A DNA stretch of 64,000 nt from assembly GCA_028534125.1 (NCBI GenBank), contig CM052818.1, positions 23,686,001-23,750,000 on the forward strand, given 5' to 3'. The notes beneath the pieces were generated by a model that was given only the letters and a program-made list of their open reading frames with translations, was not told the origin of the DNA and searched no databases. Below, piece after piece: positions 23,806 to 37,330 of the stretch. Origin of the DNA: Lama glama (taxonomy: Eukaryota). Within the stretch, counting starts at the first letter, position 1. Each line of letters opens with the position of its first letter. A program made the position numbers and the translations under genes.

Positions 23806-26644
23806 TCTGTTAAAACAACTTTCATCTAGACCTTCCTGATTCTGCCAAAAGAACTCCCCTTCCTTTGTTATCTGAGCTGGATTCTATAAGTCACTTTGGA
23901 GTAATTCTTTTATTTAACCTCCCATGTCCAGTAGGTCAAGTGTTACCTCCTTCAAAACACCATCCATGTCTATCCCTTTCTCTGTGCTCTTGAAGCCTGA
24001 GCCCTCGTTAGACTCACATCCCCTCGTGCCTGGGCAGCTACACGGCTGTTTCAGTTGTTCTCTGTTGACATACATCTTTCTTGCAATTGTTATAAATGCC
24101 AATTTTATTGCTCCACTTCCTTGTTCAAAAAACTTAGTAACTCTCTGAATCATAGCACAACATTTCTACACGTTTTCTGAATTCAGCCTAGCAGACACAG
24201 CCTAACCTGCCATGATGGTATGATAAGCATGCAGAACTCTGCTCAGGCTGAAATGATGGCCCTACAAGTCAGCTTATGGTTCTCCCCTTCTTGAATGCTC
24301 TCCTAACGTCCCCACTCATCTCTTCAGACCCTAGTCATCCTGCAAGGGTCAGCTTAAATTCTATCTTTCATTGATGTACCTCTTAATAAAACCTTGGGTT
24401 CAGAGCAACTTGAGGTCGGTAGATACTGGATTTTTTAAGCTAGCTATCTGATTGGATGTTGTCTTACTGTGAGGCAAAGTTCTGGTTTCTCATTCTTTTG
24501 TATTCCCTGCAACACACAGACTAATGATAGACATGCAATAGACTGCACAATAAATGCTGCATGTTGATTGATTAGAAAGTTTCTATTTCTTTTTAGGGAA
24601 GTGGCCATTGAAACTTGGCTGCTTTCCCCTTTGTATTTGTCTGCCAGCATTAAACATTAATTAGGCGCTATGATTCCAATGTTTCAAGTATAACACTTCC
24701 TGAAAAAATAAATCTTCCTAAAGTGTTTTCTCAAATTTTACCTACATCCTGCTAGCTATTCTCCAAATTTGAAACATTTCCTCCCCCTTTGGAAGCTTTC
24801 AATACAAAGTGGATTTTTTAATTTTCTTTGAAAATTAGACTTACATAGCAATTATGGTTTTGTTGACAATATAAAAACTCTAACAAGAAGGAGGAGTTGA
24901 ATAGAAAGCCAGTTTTTCTCTACCAAAAATGGGAAAAAATGGTATTGGGGAAGTTATATTTGTTTGCCTCCTGTAGAAAATTTAGCGAATTATTTTTAAG
25001 GTCATATTAGAAACAGTTCCAAGTGAATGCAGTAAAGGCCTCCCGAGTGAGTTGGAGTGGTTTCCAAACCACTCCCATCAAAAGAAGATCTGTCTCAGAA
25101 GCTTCAGAACAAACATTCAACATGCCTTTGTCCTGTGCTTTCCAATAAGAATGAAACAGAACAAATTATAGAGAAAGTTGCTCTGGAGAGTTGTTTGCTA
25201 AACATTAAAACAACTCAGGATACTGAACTGAAGAAAATTATTATTTTTATCATCAAAATTTGTTTCAGTATTGGCTTTATATGGAAGCATAATTGCTTTA
25301 AAAAGTGCTTTGGGGGGGTGATGGTGAGTAGGCACAGGAGACCTGGAACAGTAAAATTCATTCATTCAGCAAAGGGAGAGGCACCTCGCCCATCAACTCT
25401 GTAGGGATGGTCCATTCATTCATTAACTGTGAATGTAACTGTTTCAGCACAGCTGAATACCAAAGCATCCACTTAAATTACCAACAATTGATATAAGTTA
25501 TTAAAGCCACAGGAAGAGGGGGCTTTGTATATCTTTTAATCACTATATAAAATGAGTTTCCTTGAAGGCAACTCATAAAGGACCATTACACTGAAATCAG
25601 TATTGTTTACAGAAAAGTGTATTTTGCTGAAAAGTTGTAATAAGCCTCCCTTTCTCTTACCAATTATTATTTTGCAAAGACCAATAAAGTCATGCTTATT
25701 ACAGGCAGACATGCTGCCTGCCTTTACAAAAATGCAGTTCTAAAAGAGGTTAAACTAGTAAATGTATAGATGTAACCACATACGCATTAACTAAGAAACT
25801 GGATTTCTCTGGTCTTTTTCTCGCCCTATCCTTTTCTCCTTCAATCCATTATCTTTATTTCTTTAAAGACTTTTTTGCCCTTTCTGTTTGGGAGCTGGCC
25901 AAATTAAATGAAAGGTGCAGCCTTGGTTGGTGAGAGTCCTTATGCACAGTTATTTACCTGAGGCCTGTCAGGAGGTGTATGAAACTTGCCCAAGCAAGTG
26001 ATTTACAAGATTCCCGTGATTTACCGTCTTTGGGGAGCTTCCTTAGGTTGTCAGCATTTAGTGATCAGAAGACCAGATTAGGCAATCTTATGAACTAAAA
26101 CTCTTCAAGATTTGCTCTTTCAATTCAGCAGCTTCGTTTTTCTTGTTGAAAATACATACTTCACAAGAACGTAAAAGATTTTAAACTTTTAACTTATTTA
26201 AAATCCTTATTTCTTCAAAGTACATAAAGATCATGAAATGGCATAGCACATTTTTATAAGTAGCCTTTCAAAGATCATGCTGTGAAACATGAGTCATAAA
26301 GATTGTAGATAAAGAAAATACACTAAATTTGCAAGTTAAGAAAAATATGACGATAATAAAATACAAACTAAACAGAGTAATCACAGGAAACCTCAATCCT
26401 AAATAATATTAATAGGTAACTTGTATTATGCATTAAAAATACTTCCACATGTGTTATAACCATTGTGTAAAAAAACAGTTATTAGGGATCTTATACGATC
26501 AATCAGTAAAAGATTGCTAGCTTGATAATATTTCAGAGCATACACAGCTTTCAAACAAAAAATGTTGATAATAATATAAAATCCAAAGCAGAATCCTAGA
26601 GACATTATATCCGAATTCTAATCTGACGGAATTGTCTGGTGTTT

Positions 26645-27407
26645 TGTTACTGGATGAGGCAGATACTGAACCCAAGTTCAGCTGCTCGCCACTTGAATGG
26701 CCAATAGTCAAGACACAAGTGTTGGTGGAAAAGGAAAAATCGCTTTATTCAGGAGGCCAGCAACCTGGGAAGATGGTGGACTAATGGCCTAAGACCATCT
26801 CCAAGTTGCCGGTTAAGAGGTTTTAAAGGCAGTGATGAGGGTGAGTGCTGTGGAGTATGTGATCAGCTCACGCACAATTCTTGGATTGACTGGCTTCAAG
26901 GTGAAATTTCAAGCATCACTGGTCTTCTGGTTGCAACTAGTCTGGGGTCTACCTACTTGCAGTCAGCAGCTTTCATCTGGTGGCAGTCTGCTTCCTGTAA
27001 AAACAACTTAGGAATGTGTGTCAGACCTTTATCTGTATCTTTCAGGGGACTGGGAGTTTGGTGATCTGCTATGTGGCTAGTTAATAGTCTATATTGTTAC
27101 CAATTTCCCAGCCCAATGGCTATTCTTTGTTTCTACAGCTTCATATTCCCTAATCATTAACTCTTCAGCCAGCCTTTTGAGACTTGGAAGGCCTGGCAGA
27201 CTAAAGCTTTTCTACAAACAAGAGGCAGGCAGAAGACATGGTGGGGTCTATCTGAGGAAGACCCCGTAGCATCCTGCTTGCTTATAGTCCCTCTTTTTCT
27301 TTGATATGAGGGGGAACAAGTATGAACAAGAAAGGAAATGAGGTTTTAGATGGAGAAGTTAATCATAAACTTGGCCGGGGGACTCAGTTATAAGGGTCTT
27401 GGTTTCA
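26645..27407 (-). mobile_element. ERV1-class solo LTR
   Basis: Termini TGTTAC..GTTTCA. 4-bp TSD GTTT at 26641-26644 and 27408-27411. Minus-strand AATAAA at 26744-26749 and TATA-like TTTAAAA near 26820. Confidence 0.8.
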
Positions 27408-29309
27408 GTTTTATGACTAATAATATTAAAAATAATCTGTATAAACTCTACTTAATTTTTATTCTTTTTGCAGTTATACCATGGGTATTTGGAAAAGAAA
27501 AATATTCTTTTAGAATTATCTTATCATGTAAAGATGAATTTCGAAGCAGTATAATCTAGCTCAAAATTTCATAAGGAAAAAAAAAAACCCTCCAAAATAA
27601 CATGTAATGAAAAACTTTATGGTTAGGCATCTTTGATTTGAGAATAATAAATAATTTAAAGAGTGAATAAAAATAGTTACTGGAGGAAAATGAAGTATTG
27701 AAAAAAACAATTTTGTTCTCATCAAACTTCAAGACAATTGATTTTACAAGAATACTTTTGAAAATAATTCCTTATAGTTTTACATGTATAGTGACTAAAA
27801 TTTAAATAAGACATGTTGAAATAATTTTTATACCTACCAATTTTAATAAACTATTTTTGAGATTTGCTCACAGTATCAATTCTACATACAGCGTTCCATC
27901 TAGAATCTTATTACTGAAAAACATCTTTCTGAATTATATTCTGCCGTACACCTGAAGATTAGTGGTATTACAAGTGCTTCTTGTACATTGTGCAGTTGAG
28001 CAGATCAGAACAATAAGAAATCATCTTTAAATCTGACAGCTCTGTGGGTAATGATAAATTAAATCTTGCTTCTACTTGACTGGCTTGTTGAGAGTTCTTG
28101 GTCTCAAACAGCTAGTGATATAGTGAATTTACCTGAAAAAATATTTATAGAAGGCAAAATAAAAGTATCCTGCCATTTCATTGACAATTGAACACACATG
28201 GTGAAGATTTTGAATGATTACAAGCACAGGATGTTTTATTCTCATCCTAAAGTTGTATGTTCAGAAGTAATGATAACACCATGCAATGGAATGGAACTAC
28301 AAGCTATAAGCAGAAAGATCGTGGGCCCCTTTTATCATTCTTCTTCAGTCAGGAACAGACTATATGACATATGAGTGATTTTGGAACCATTTTGTCATTT
28401 GTTTATATATGATGTTTAATTATTACTACTACAAGTTAAAAGTCTACTTGAACCAAAGAGAGCCTTAATAATGTACTTTATAGATAGCAAAACACAGTAG
28501 TGCTTATAAGAAATAGTCCCTTAAAGGGAAAATTGTGTGATTTCAGAAACCAGTTGAAGAATTGACCAAATTCAAGTGCTTTGAGAGAACACATACATTT
28601 AGATGATACCTATTGAATGATCTTCCCATCATTCTAATCTAGGGTAGGCACTGAAATTGCACAGAGAGTAATGAGAGCAGACAAGCAAATAGAAATTGAG
28701 AGATGATTATGTTATCTTGAAGTTCAGTTGCTTTGCTCCATTGTCAGATTTCTAGAGCCAAAAAAAAAAGAATTCTTTTTTCCTTCTCAAGGGATTTTGT
28801 GAGGTAGCAGGTATGTGAACAATGTGAGAAATAAAAATTTTATAAGTGAGGGAGGCAATTTTAACTTTCTTTTGAAAATACTTAGAATGCATTGTCAAGT
28901 TTTCATTTATAAGATTATGAAATTATAATTGTGTCATCACAAACAACAGAATCTTTATGTATAGGAATTGAAGAGGAGAGTTTAGGTACTTTCTGCTAGG
29001 GAGGGAGAAAAACAACTTCAGGGCAGTATTTATTTATTTATTTAGACATTTTTCCATAAGAAACAATGATCCCTTTTCCCATATTAATTTATTCATTCGG
29101 TTATTTATTTATATCCATTAACCTGATAGGTATTCATTTTATTCCTTGGTCATTAGGAGTTGCTTCATGCTAGCACTCTGTTCAACCCTACCTTCTCTCT
29201 TCTTTCTTTCTTCAAGTCTCTCCTCTCCCCTCCCTTTTCCTACCCCTCCTATAATACTTGGCAATACAAGATCAGAGTGTTAGTTGTGCTCATTAATAAA
29301 CTCATTTAT

Positions 29310-30370
29310 CAGTGCCAAGAGCTATATTTTAAATTATTTGGGATTATCTACATAGACGACCGTGTTGTCTACAGACAGAGACAGTTTTATGTCTTCATTT
29401 CGATCTGCATGCCTCCTATTTCTTTTTCTTGCTTTGTTGTGCCAGTGATGAAGTTGTAATAATATGAAGTTGATTAGAAGTGATGACAGAGGCTTCTTTG
29501 CCTTGTGTCTAAAATTAATAGTAAAGCATTCAATCTTTCACCATTACATATGATTCTAGTTCTGGGATTTTTGTAGAAACCCTTTAAAGGTTGACGAAAT
29601 TCCTTTTTGATTTTAGTTTTAAGAGCGTTTTTTTTTATCATGGATGGATGCTGAACGTTGTCAATTTTTTTAGTTTGTTTCTTTCAAGATGGTCATGCGT
29701 ATTTTCTCCTTTATTCTGTCAGTGTAATAAATTATATCAACTGATTTAAAAATGTTAAACCAACTTTGCATTCCTGGAATAAATCCCAGTTGATAGTGAA
29801 GTATTAACATTTGTATATATTGTTAGATCTAATTTAGCAATATATTGTTGAGGGTTTTTTGAGTCTATATTCATGAAATATATTCATCTGTAATTTTTCT
29901 ATGTTTTTCTGATTTTAATTTTAGGATAAATGTGTCTTTGTAAATTGTTAGACAGTATTTTCTACATTCCTACTTTATGGAATAAATTGTGTAGAAATGA
30001 TAATTCTTTCTTAAATATTTGAGAGAATTTAGTAGTAAAATCATGTTGACCTGGAGTTTTGTGTGTGCATATGTGTGTGTGTTTATTTGGAAAGTTTTTA
30101 ACTTTGAATTTAATTTCTTTAGTAGATAGACACAGGACTATTCAAGTTATCTATTTCTAAGTCATTGGTAGACATTTGGTGGTTTGTGTTTGTCAAAATT
30201 GTTTTATTCCAAGTTGTGAAATATTTGGGCATAATGTTGTTTGTACTATTTCCTTCTTATGTCTTTAATAGCTATGGGGTCTGCAGGAAATATTCTGCTG
30301 TTGGGTAAAATGCTCTATAAATATCAAGTAGGTCTAATTTGTTGGTAATGTTCAGGTCCTCTGTATTCTT
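29310..30370 (-). mobile_element. Old L1M ORF2 fragment (host element, left part)
   Basis: L1 antisense motifs aaagcattcaatctttcacca, gttaaaccaactttgcattcctggaataaatccca, ctctataaatatcaagtagg. Confidence 0.85.
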
Positions 30371-33300
30371 TAAAATTTATTTTTTAAATTGAGGTATACC
30401 CATTGAGCATCTTTTCAAATGCCTGTTGGCCATCTGTATGTCTTGTCTGGAAAAATGTCTGTTCAAGTCTTCTGCCCATTTTTAAACTGGGTTCTTTGTT
30501 CTTTTGATATTGAGGTGTATGAGCTGTTTATATATGTTGCATATTAACTCCTTATCAGTCATATCATTTGCAAATATTTCCTTCCATTCGTCAGGTTGTT
30601 TTGTTATTTTTTCTCAGTGCAAAAGCTTTTAAGTGTAATTAGGTCCGATTGTTTATTTTTCCTTTTATTTCCTTTAGGAGACTGATCCAAAAAATATTGC
30701 TGCAATTTATGTCAAAGAGTGTTCCACCCATGTTTTCTTCTAGGAGTTTTATGGTTTCCGTTCTTACATTTAGGTCTTTCATCCATTTTGAGTTCATTTT
30801 TGTATATACTGTTAGAGAATGATCTAATACAATTCTTTCACATGCATCTATCCAGTTTTCCCAGTACCACTTATTGAGGAGACTGCCTTTTTTTCCCATT
30901 ATATAGTCTTGCCTTTTTTGTTGTTGATTGATTGACCATAAGTGCGTGGATTTATTTCTGGGCTCTCTATTCTGTTCCATTGACCTATGTGTCTGTTTTT
31001 ATGCCAGTGTCATACTGTTTTGATTAACATAGCTTTGTAGTATAGCCTGAAGTCAGGGAATGTGATACCTACAGCCCTTTTCTTCTTTCTCAAGATTGTT
31101 TTGGCTGTTCAGAGTCTTTTGTGTGTCCTCACAAATTTTAAAATTATTTGTCCTTGTTCTGTGAAAAATGCCCTTGGAATTTTGGTAGGAATTGCACTGA
31201 ATCTATAGATAGCCTTGGGTATTATGGTCATTTTAACAATACTGATTTTTTTCCCATCCAAAAACACAGTATATCTTTCCATCTGTTTGTGTTGTCTTCC
31301 ATTTCTTTCATCAGCATCTTATAATTTTCCAAATACAAGTCTTTTACCTCCTTACGTAGGTTTTTTCTTAGTATTTTATTAGTTTTGATGTGATGATAAA
31401 TGATATTTTCCTTATTTTCTCTTTCTGATAGTTTGTTGTTTGTGTATAGAAATGTAACAGATTTCTGTATAATAATTTTGTACCCTGCCATTTTACCAAA
31501 CTTATTCATGAGCTTTTGGAGTTTTCTGGTGGCAGCTTTATGATTTTCCATGTATAGTATCATGTCATCCGCAGATAGTGGCAGTATTACTTCTTCCTTT
31601 CTAATTTTGATTCCTTTTCTTTCTTTTCTTGTCCCATTACTGAGGCTAGGACTTCCAAAAATATGTTGAATAAAAGTGGCATGAGTGGGCCTCCTTGTCT
31701 TGCTCCTGACCTTACAGGAAGTGCTTTTCATCACTGAGTATGATGATGTTAGCTGTGGGTTTGTCACACATGGCCTTTATTATGCTGAGGTATATTCCCT
31801 TTATGCTCACTTTCTGGAGAGTTTTTATCATAACTGGATGTTGAATTTTCTAAAAAGACTTTTCTGGATCTACTGAGATAATCATATGGATTTTATTCTT
31901 CAATTTGTCAATGTGGTGTGTCACACTGATTGATTTAGAGGATATTGAAAAATCCTTGTATCCCTGGGATAAATCCCACTTGATCATGGTGCATAATCCT
32001 TTATGTCTAGTTGGATTCAGTTTGCCAATATTTTGTTGAGGATTTTTACACTTATGTTCATCAGTGATACTGGTCTGTAATTTTCTTTTTTTGTGATATT
32101 TTTGGTTTTGGTATCAGGGTGATGCTGGCCTCATAGGATGAGTTTGGAAGTGTTTCTTACTCTGTGAGTTTTTGGAATAATTTGAGAAGGACAGGTGGTA
32201 ACTTTTCTCTAAATGTTTGGTGGAGGCCATGTGGTCCAGGACTTTTCTACCTTGGGAGTTTTAAAATTACTGATTCAATTTCATTACTGGTAACTGATCT
32301 GCTCATATGTTCTATTTTTTTTCTGGTTCAGTCTTGGGAGATTTCTAAGAATTTATATAGTTGTTTATAGTAGTCTCTTATGATCATTTGAGTTTCTCAG
32401 GTATTGTTTGTAAAATCTCCTTTTTCATTTTATTATTTTATTGATTCCGACCTTCTCTCTTTTTTAATTGATGAATCTTACTAAAGGCATGCCAATTTTG
32501 TTTATCTCTTCAAAAAACCAGCTTTTAGTCTCAGTGTTTTCTTTTTTTCTGTTTTTTTCTTTTGTTTTTACCTTTCCTTAGTTTTTGGAAGGAAATGCAG
32601 TGAAAGTATGAATAGATGCTCTAGATTAAACAAGGGAAGATGAAAGATGACAGACCACACCATATCTTTGCATCTTTCTTTTTCTTTTTTTTTTTTTAAA
32701 TAGAGGTACTGGGGATTGAACCCAGAACCTCATGCATGCTATGCACATGCTCTACCACTGAGCTATTACCTTCTCCCACCCCACTGTTTTTTAGACTCTA
32801 TGTCATTTAATTTCTCAGATTTTTATGATTTCTCTCCTCCCACTAAATATGGGTTTTCTTTGTTCTTATTTTTCTAGTTCCTTTCGGTGTAATGTTAGGT
32901 TGTTTATTTGAGATGTTTCTTGTTTCCTGACGGTAAGCTTGTGTTGCTATAAACTTCCCTCTTAGAACTGCCTTTGCAGCATCTCATAGATTTTTGGATC
33001 ATTATGTTTTTGTTTTCATTTCTCTCTAGGTATTTTTCTTTTAATTTCTTCTTTGATTTCTTTAGTGATCCATTAGTTGTCTATTAGCACATTGTTTAGT
33101 CTTTCCATGTTTGTGCTTTTTGTAGTTTTTTTTTCTTTCTTTCTTTCTTGTAGTTGATTTCTAGTCTCATAGTGTTGTGGTCACAAAAGATTCTTAATGT
33201 GACTTTAATTTTCTTAAATTTACTGAGGCTTGCTTTGTGGCCTAGCATGTGATATATTCTAGAGAATATTCCACGGGCACTTGAATAGAATGTGTATTCA

Positions 33301-34065
33301 GCTGCTTTTGGATGGAATGTTCTAGATCTATCTATTAATTCCATCTGGTCTAAAGTGTCATTTAAGGCCAGTGTTTTTGTTTTTGATTTTTCATCTGGGT
33401 GATCTGTCCGTTGATGTAAGTGGTATGATAAAGTCCCTTACTATTATTGTCTTACTGTTGATTTCTCCCTTTATGTCTGTTAATATTTGTTTTATGTATT
33501 TAGGTGCTCCTATGTTTGGTGTGTATATATTCACAATTGTTAATCGTCTTGAATTGATCCCTTGATCACTAGGGAATGTCCTTTTTTTGTCTCTTATAGC
33601 AGTCTTTAAGGTCTATTTTGTCTGATATAACTATTGCTACTCTGTCTTTCTCTTCATTTCCATTGGCATGGAATACCTTTTACCAGGCTCTTTCAGTCTG
33701 TGTATATCTTTAGATCTGAAGTCAGTCTCTTGGAAGCAACATACGTATGGGTTTTGTTTTTGTATCCATTCAGCCACTGTATGTCTTTTGATTGGAGCAT
33801 TTAATCCATTTACATTTAAAATAATTATTGATATGTATGTTCTTATTGCCATTTTGTTGATTGTTTTAGAGTTGTCTTTGTAGGTCTTTTTCATTCCTTT
33901 CTTCTTTTGTTCTTTTCTCTTGTGATTTGATGACTGTCTTTAGTGTTAAAGTTTGGATTCTTTTTTCTTTTTTTGTGTATCTGTTATACAGTTTTGGTTT
34001 GTGGTTACCATGAGGATTTTATATAGCTGCATATATAGGACTGTTTTAAGTTGCTGATCTCTTAA
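30371..34065 (-). mobile_element. LINE-1 with decayed ORF2 (endonuclease and RT), inserted into an older L1
   Basis: ORF2 start MAIRTYISIIILNVNGLNAPIKRH (ATG 33852-33850). Endonuclease segment 33096..33344. RT motif SADDMILY near 31555-31575. ORF 30639..30980. Many frameshifts. Confidence 0.95.
32675..32782 (-). mobile_element. tRNA-Ala-derived SINE (camelid vic-1-like) with polyA tail
   Basis: Minus strand: A box TAGCTCAGTGG (32755-32765), B box GGGTTCAATCCCC (32711-32723), A-tail 32675-32697. Confidence 0.9.
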
Positions 34066-34079
34066 TAACACATCTTCTT

Positions 34080-34410
34080 CTTAGATTTACTAAGTCTGTT
34101 ATTAATACAGCTGCTCCAGTTGTCTTTACATTAATATTTGCATGGTATATTATTATCCATTATTTTACTTGTGTTTTTACAGATAAAACTGGATTCTTGT
34201 AACAGTATATAGTTTGATCTTGCTTTTATCCATAATCCAATAATCTCTTTTAATTGGTCTGTTTGGTCAATTCAAATTTAATATAAATATTTATATGATT
34301 CAATCAGATCTGCCACCTTGTTGGCTGTTTTTCATTTGCTCCTTGTACATTTTCCCCCCTTTCCTTAGTTTTGGGTTGAGTATTTTTATGACTAATATTT
34401 ATCCTTTTTA
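34080..34410 (-). mobile_element. Old L1M fragment (host element, right part)
   Basis: attaatacagctgctccag..tttgcatggtatat..atagtttgatcttgctttt continues collinearly from the 29.3-30.4 kb host. Confidence 0.7.
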
Positions 34411-34489
34411 ATTTACTTTAGTATTGCTGCTTTTTTACCTAATCTGAGTAATTATAGAGAATATGTTGAAATATATAAGTAGAGTTTTA

Positions 34490-35175
34490 GGGTCCGTGAG
34501 ACCTTATAGAATATCTAGCATGCATGTCATCAGACCGCTGAAAGAGAGGAGAAGAAGGGCAGAGATGGAAAATATTGGAATTAATAATGACTAGGATTAC
34601 CCCGCAAATTTGATAAGCAATGTATCCATATATTCAAGAAGCTGAGTGAACCTAAAACAGGATAAACCCAAAGAAATACACATGCAAACACAACATAATT
34701 AAGTTTTGAATTAAGCAGACAATAAAAATCTTGAAAGCATTCAGATAAAAAGGACACCTTAAATACAGTGGGGAAATCATTCAAGTGACAGAGGATCTCT
34801 CATCAGAAACCATGGAGGTCAGAAGGAACTGACACAATTTTGTTCAGTGATGAAGTAAAGGAATTGCCAACCCAGAATCCTATACCCAGTGAAAATACCC
34901 TTAGGTGAAGAGGGGAAGTCAAGGCATTATTAGGTGGGATAAAATTAAGAGAATTTATTTCCAGTAGACTTAACCTAAAGAAAAAGACTAAAGGATGCTT
35001 TCTAAATAGGAAATAAATGATAAAAAACAAAACTTGGCACATGAGGGAAGAAGAAAGTACAGTAGGCAGTATTTGAAAGATGTGATCATTGGGCAAAACT
35101 ATATACATGATACATAGGCTCTCTCTTCAACTACATGTTAATCTGTAATGATCTCAAAATAAAATGGTTAATTAG
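34490..35175 (+). mobile_element. Old L1 ORF1-region fragment joined to a short 3' end
   Basis: attcaagaagctgagtgaacc..ggataaacccaaagaaa..ctcatcagaaaccatggagg..ccaacccagaatcctatacccagtgaaaata. Ends atctcaaaataaaa. Confidence 0.8.
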
Positions 35176-35469
35176 AAAAAAATCATGAATTTAAAAATAT
35201 TGTCTCTCTTTGTCATTTTAAAGTATAGTGACTCCCCTTCCAGCTCACTATATCCTGGAATTGAAGCTGCAGGTCTAGGAGGAAATTTTTATTATTATGG
35301 GATTGAAAGGAAGGAAATTCCTAAAGGAATTAAAAGGTTCTACTGATTTTATATATCAGTTACTGTTTAGAGAAAGTCTTTGAAGCTACATTTACCTACT
35401 TTTTTTAGTATTTAAAATTTAATTGTCCATCACTCTCCCCATCCCCAACCCCTACTATTATTTCAAAGC

Positions 35470-37330
35470 TACCCCTCTCTCTTTTCCCTCTCCATCCCAG
35501 TGAAACTTCTTGAAATATAATTATAGTTGTTGTTTCCACTTACTTACCTCTCACTCTTTTCTGTTCCAAGCTAATTTGTGACCTCACCACTACACTGAAA
35601 CTTTGTTGAACAGAGAACCAAACATTTGCATGTCACTATACTAGACTACTCTCAATATTTTAGTCTTTACAGTCTTTATTTTAATTAACCTCTCAGCAAA
35701 ATTGAACATTGTAATTCACTCTTCCCTTGAAATAAATTTTTTCTTTTGCATTTCTTGGTATGATAATCTTCCAAATCTCTTGTTACTTCTGACAGCTCTT
35801 TTTTAGGCCATGACAACTAGTTCCTCCTCTCATCAGCACTTACATGTTGGCATTCTTTAAAATTATTTTATTGATCCTTCTCCTCTCACTGGATTGGTGA
35901 TCTCATACACTCTTATAACTTCATTGTCCTTTATATGCTGATGATTTAAAAGTATGAATTTCTTATCTGAACTTTGGACCCTACTCAAATATGTTTACTT
36001 GGAAATTCCAGATATTCCAATGTTAATATGTCTAAAAACAAAGTCACCATCTTTCTCAAGATATACTCCTTCTGTCTTTCCCAAATAAGTGTTACAATCC
36101 ATGAAGTTTTTAAAGTTATAAGTCTGGTATCATTCTTCCTCCTTTGTCTCACTCTCTCAACATTTATTCTTTCATTGTGTTCTGTCATTTTTATCTCCCA
36201 ACCATACTGCCATTCTGCTACTATAGGGTATAATCGTTTCTTGTCTGTAGTTCTGCAACAGCTGCTTTTTGCATTTCCCTCCAGTCTTGTCAAGTCTCCA
36301 GCCTTGTCTCCTCCAGTTATCTCTGGTGGGAGATTCATGTAAGGATATAGTCCACTATGTGCTGGAGTACATAATTTTTACCAATTAATTTACTCATTCA
36401 CTCAGTTATCAAATATGTACTAAGTACCTTCTATAGACTAGACATTGTTCCAGGCACAATAGTTGTAGTACACAGAGTTTCTAACCTCATCACTTCATGG
36501 ATACAAATGTCATTACACCAAAGAGTTCCCTGGCCACCCTGTCTGAATAGAATTCCACTTCTGTGCACTTCTTTTTCTCTATTTTCTCAACATATCATAG
36601 GTTGATTTTTCCCATTTGTTTGGTACCTTCCCCTTCTAAAATATAAATACCAAGAGTGCTGGAAACTTAAGTCTGTTTTGTCCATGACTGTATATCCCAA
36701 GGCCTGAACAGAACAATGCCTGATTCTAGAGTTATTGTCTACTGTGTAGACTCTTTATAAATATGTTTGAATGAAGTAATAAATCCTGGTTTGGGGTAAA
36801 TAAATAAGACTTAATAAAATTTTTAAAAGATTCCAGGCAGGTCTATGAAGGAAATGAGGATGCTCCATAAGAAAGTAACTGAAGAAGTGGCCTACTTTTA
36901 GAGATGGTTGGAGAGAACCTCTTTTAAGCTGACACTGGCACCATGAGCAAGACTGAGCTGTATGGATATCATGGGACAGCACATTCTAAGAAGGAGAAGC
37001 ACCTTGTACAAAATTCCTCAAGTGGAAATTGGAAAGTGTTTTGCATGCTCAAGCAATAAAACAAGGCCATTGCTGCTATAATGTGGAGAAAGATATGAGA
37101 TGAGGCTGCTCATGGGAAGGAGTTTGGGTTTTATTGTAGTCATTGAGAAAGCTGGTGACAAAAATATTTTTTGAGCGTACGTACCTAATGCATAATTAAG
37201 TATTTGTTAAAGATCTGCCTTTCCTGCCAAAAGCTTCATGAGGGCAAAGAGCACATCTCACTTTCTCTGGGCACTCATGTCTTAAGCAATACTTGATACA
37301 CGGCTAGCATTTATTAAATAGATTGATTGT
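35470..37330. mobile_element. Cluster of L2 fragments in both orientations
   Basis: ctcaccactacactgaaac, ctctcagca..ttgaaa, ggtgatctcatacactc, aaatatgtttgaatgaa. Confidence 0.7.

Noticed and set aside
32701..32782. Possible tRNA-Ala gene
   Set aside because: It has a polyA tail, flanking duplication and degenerate stems, and sits inside an L1, so it is a SINE.
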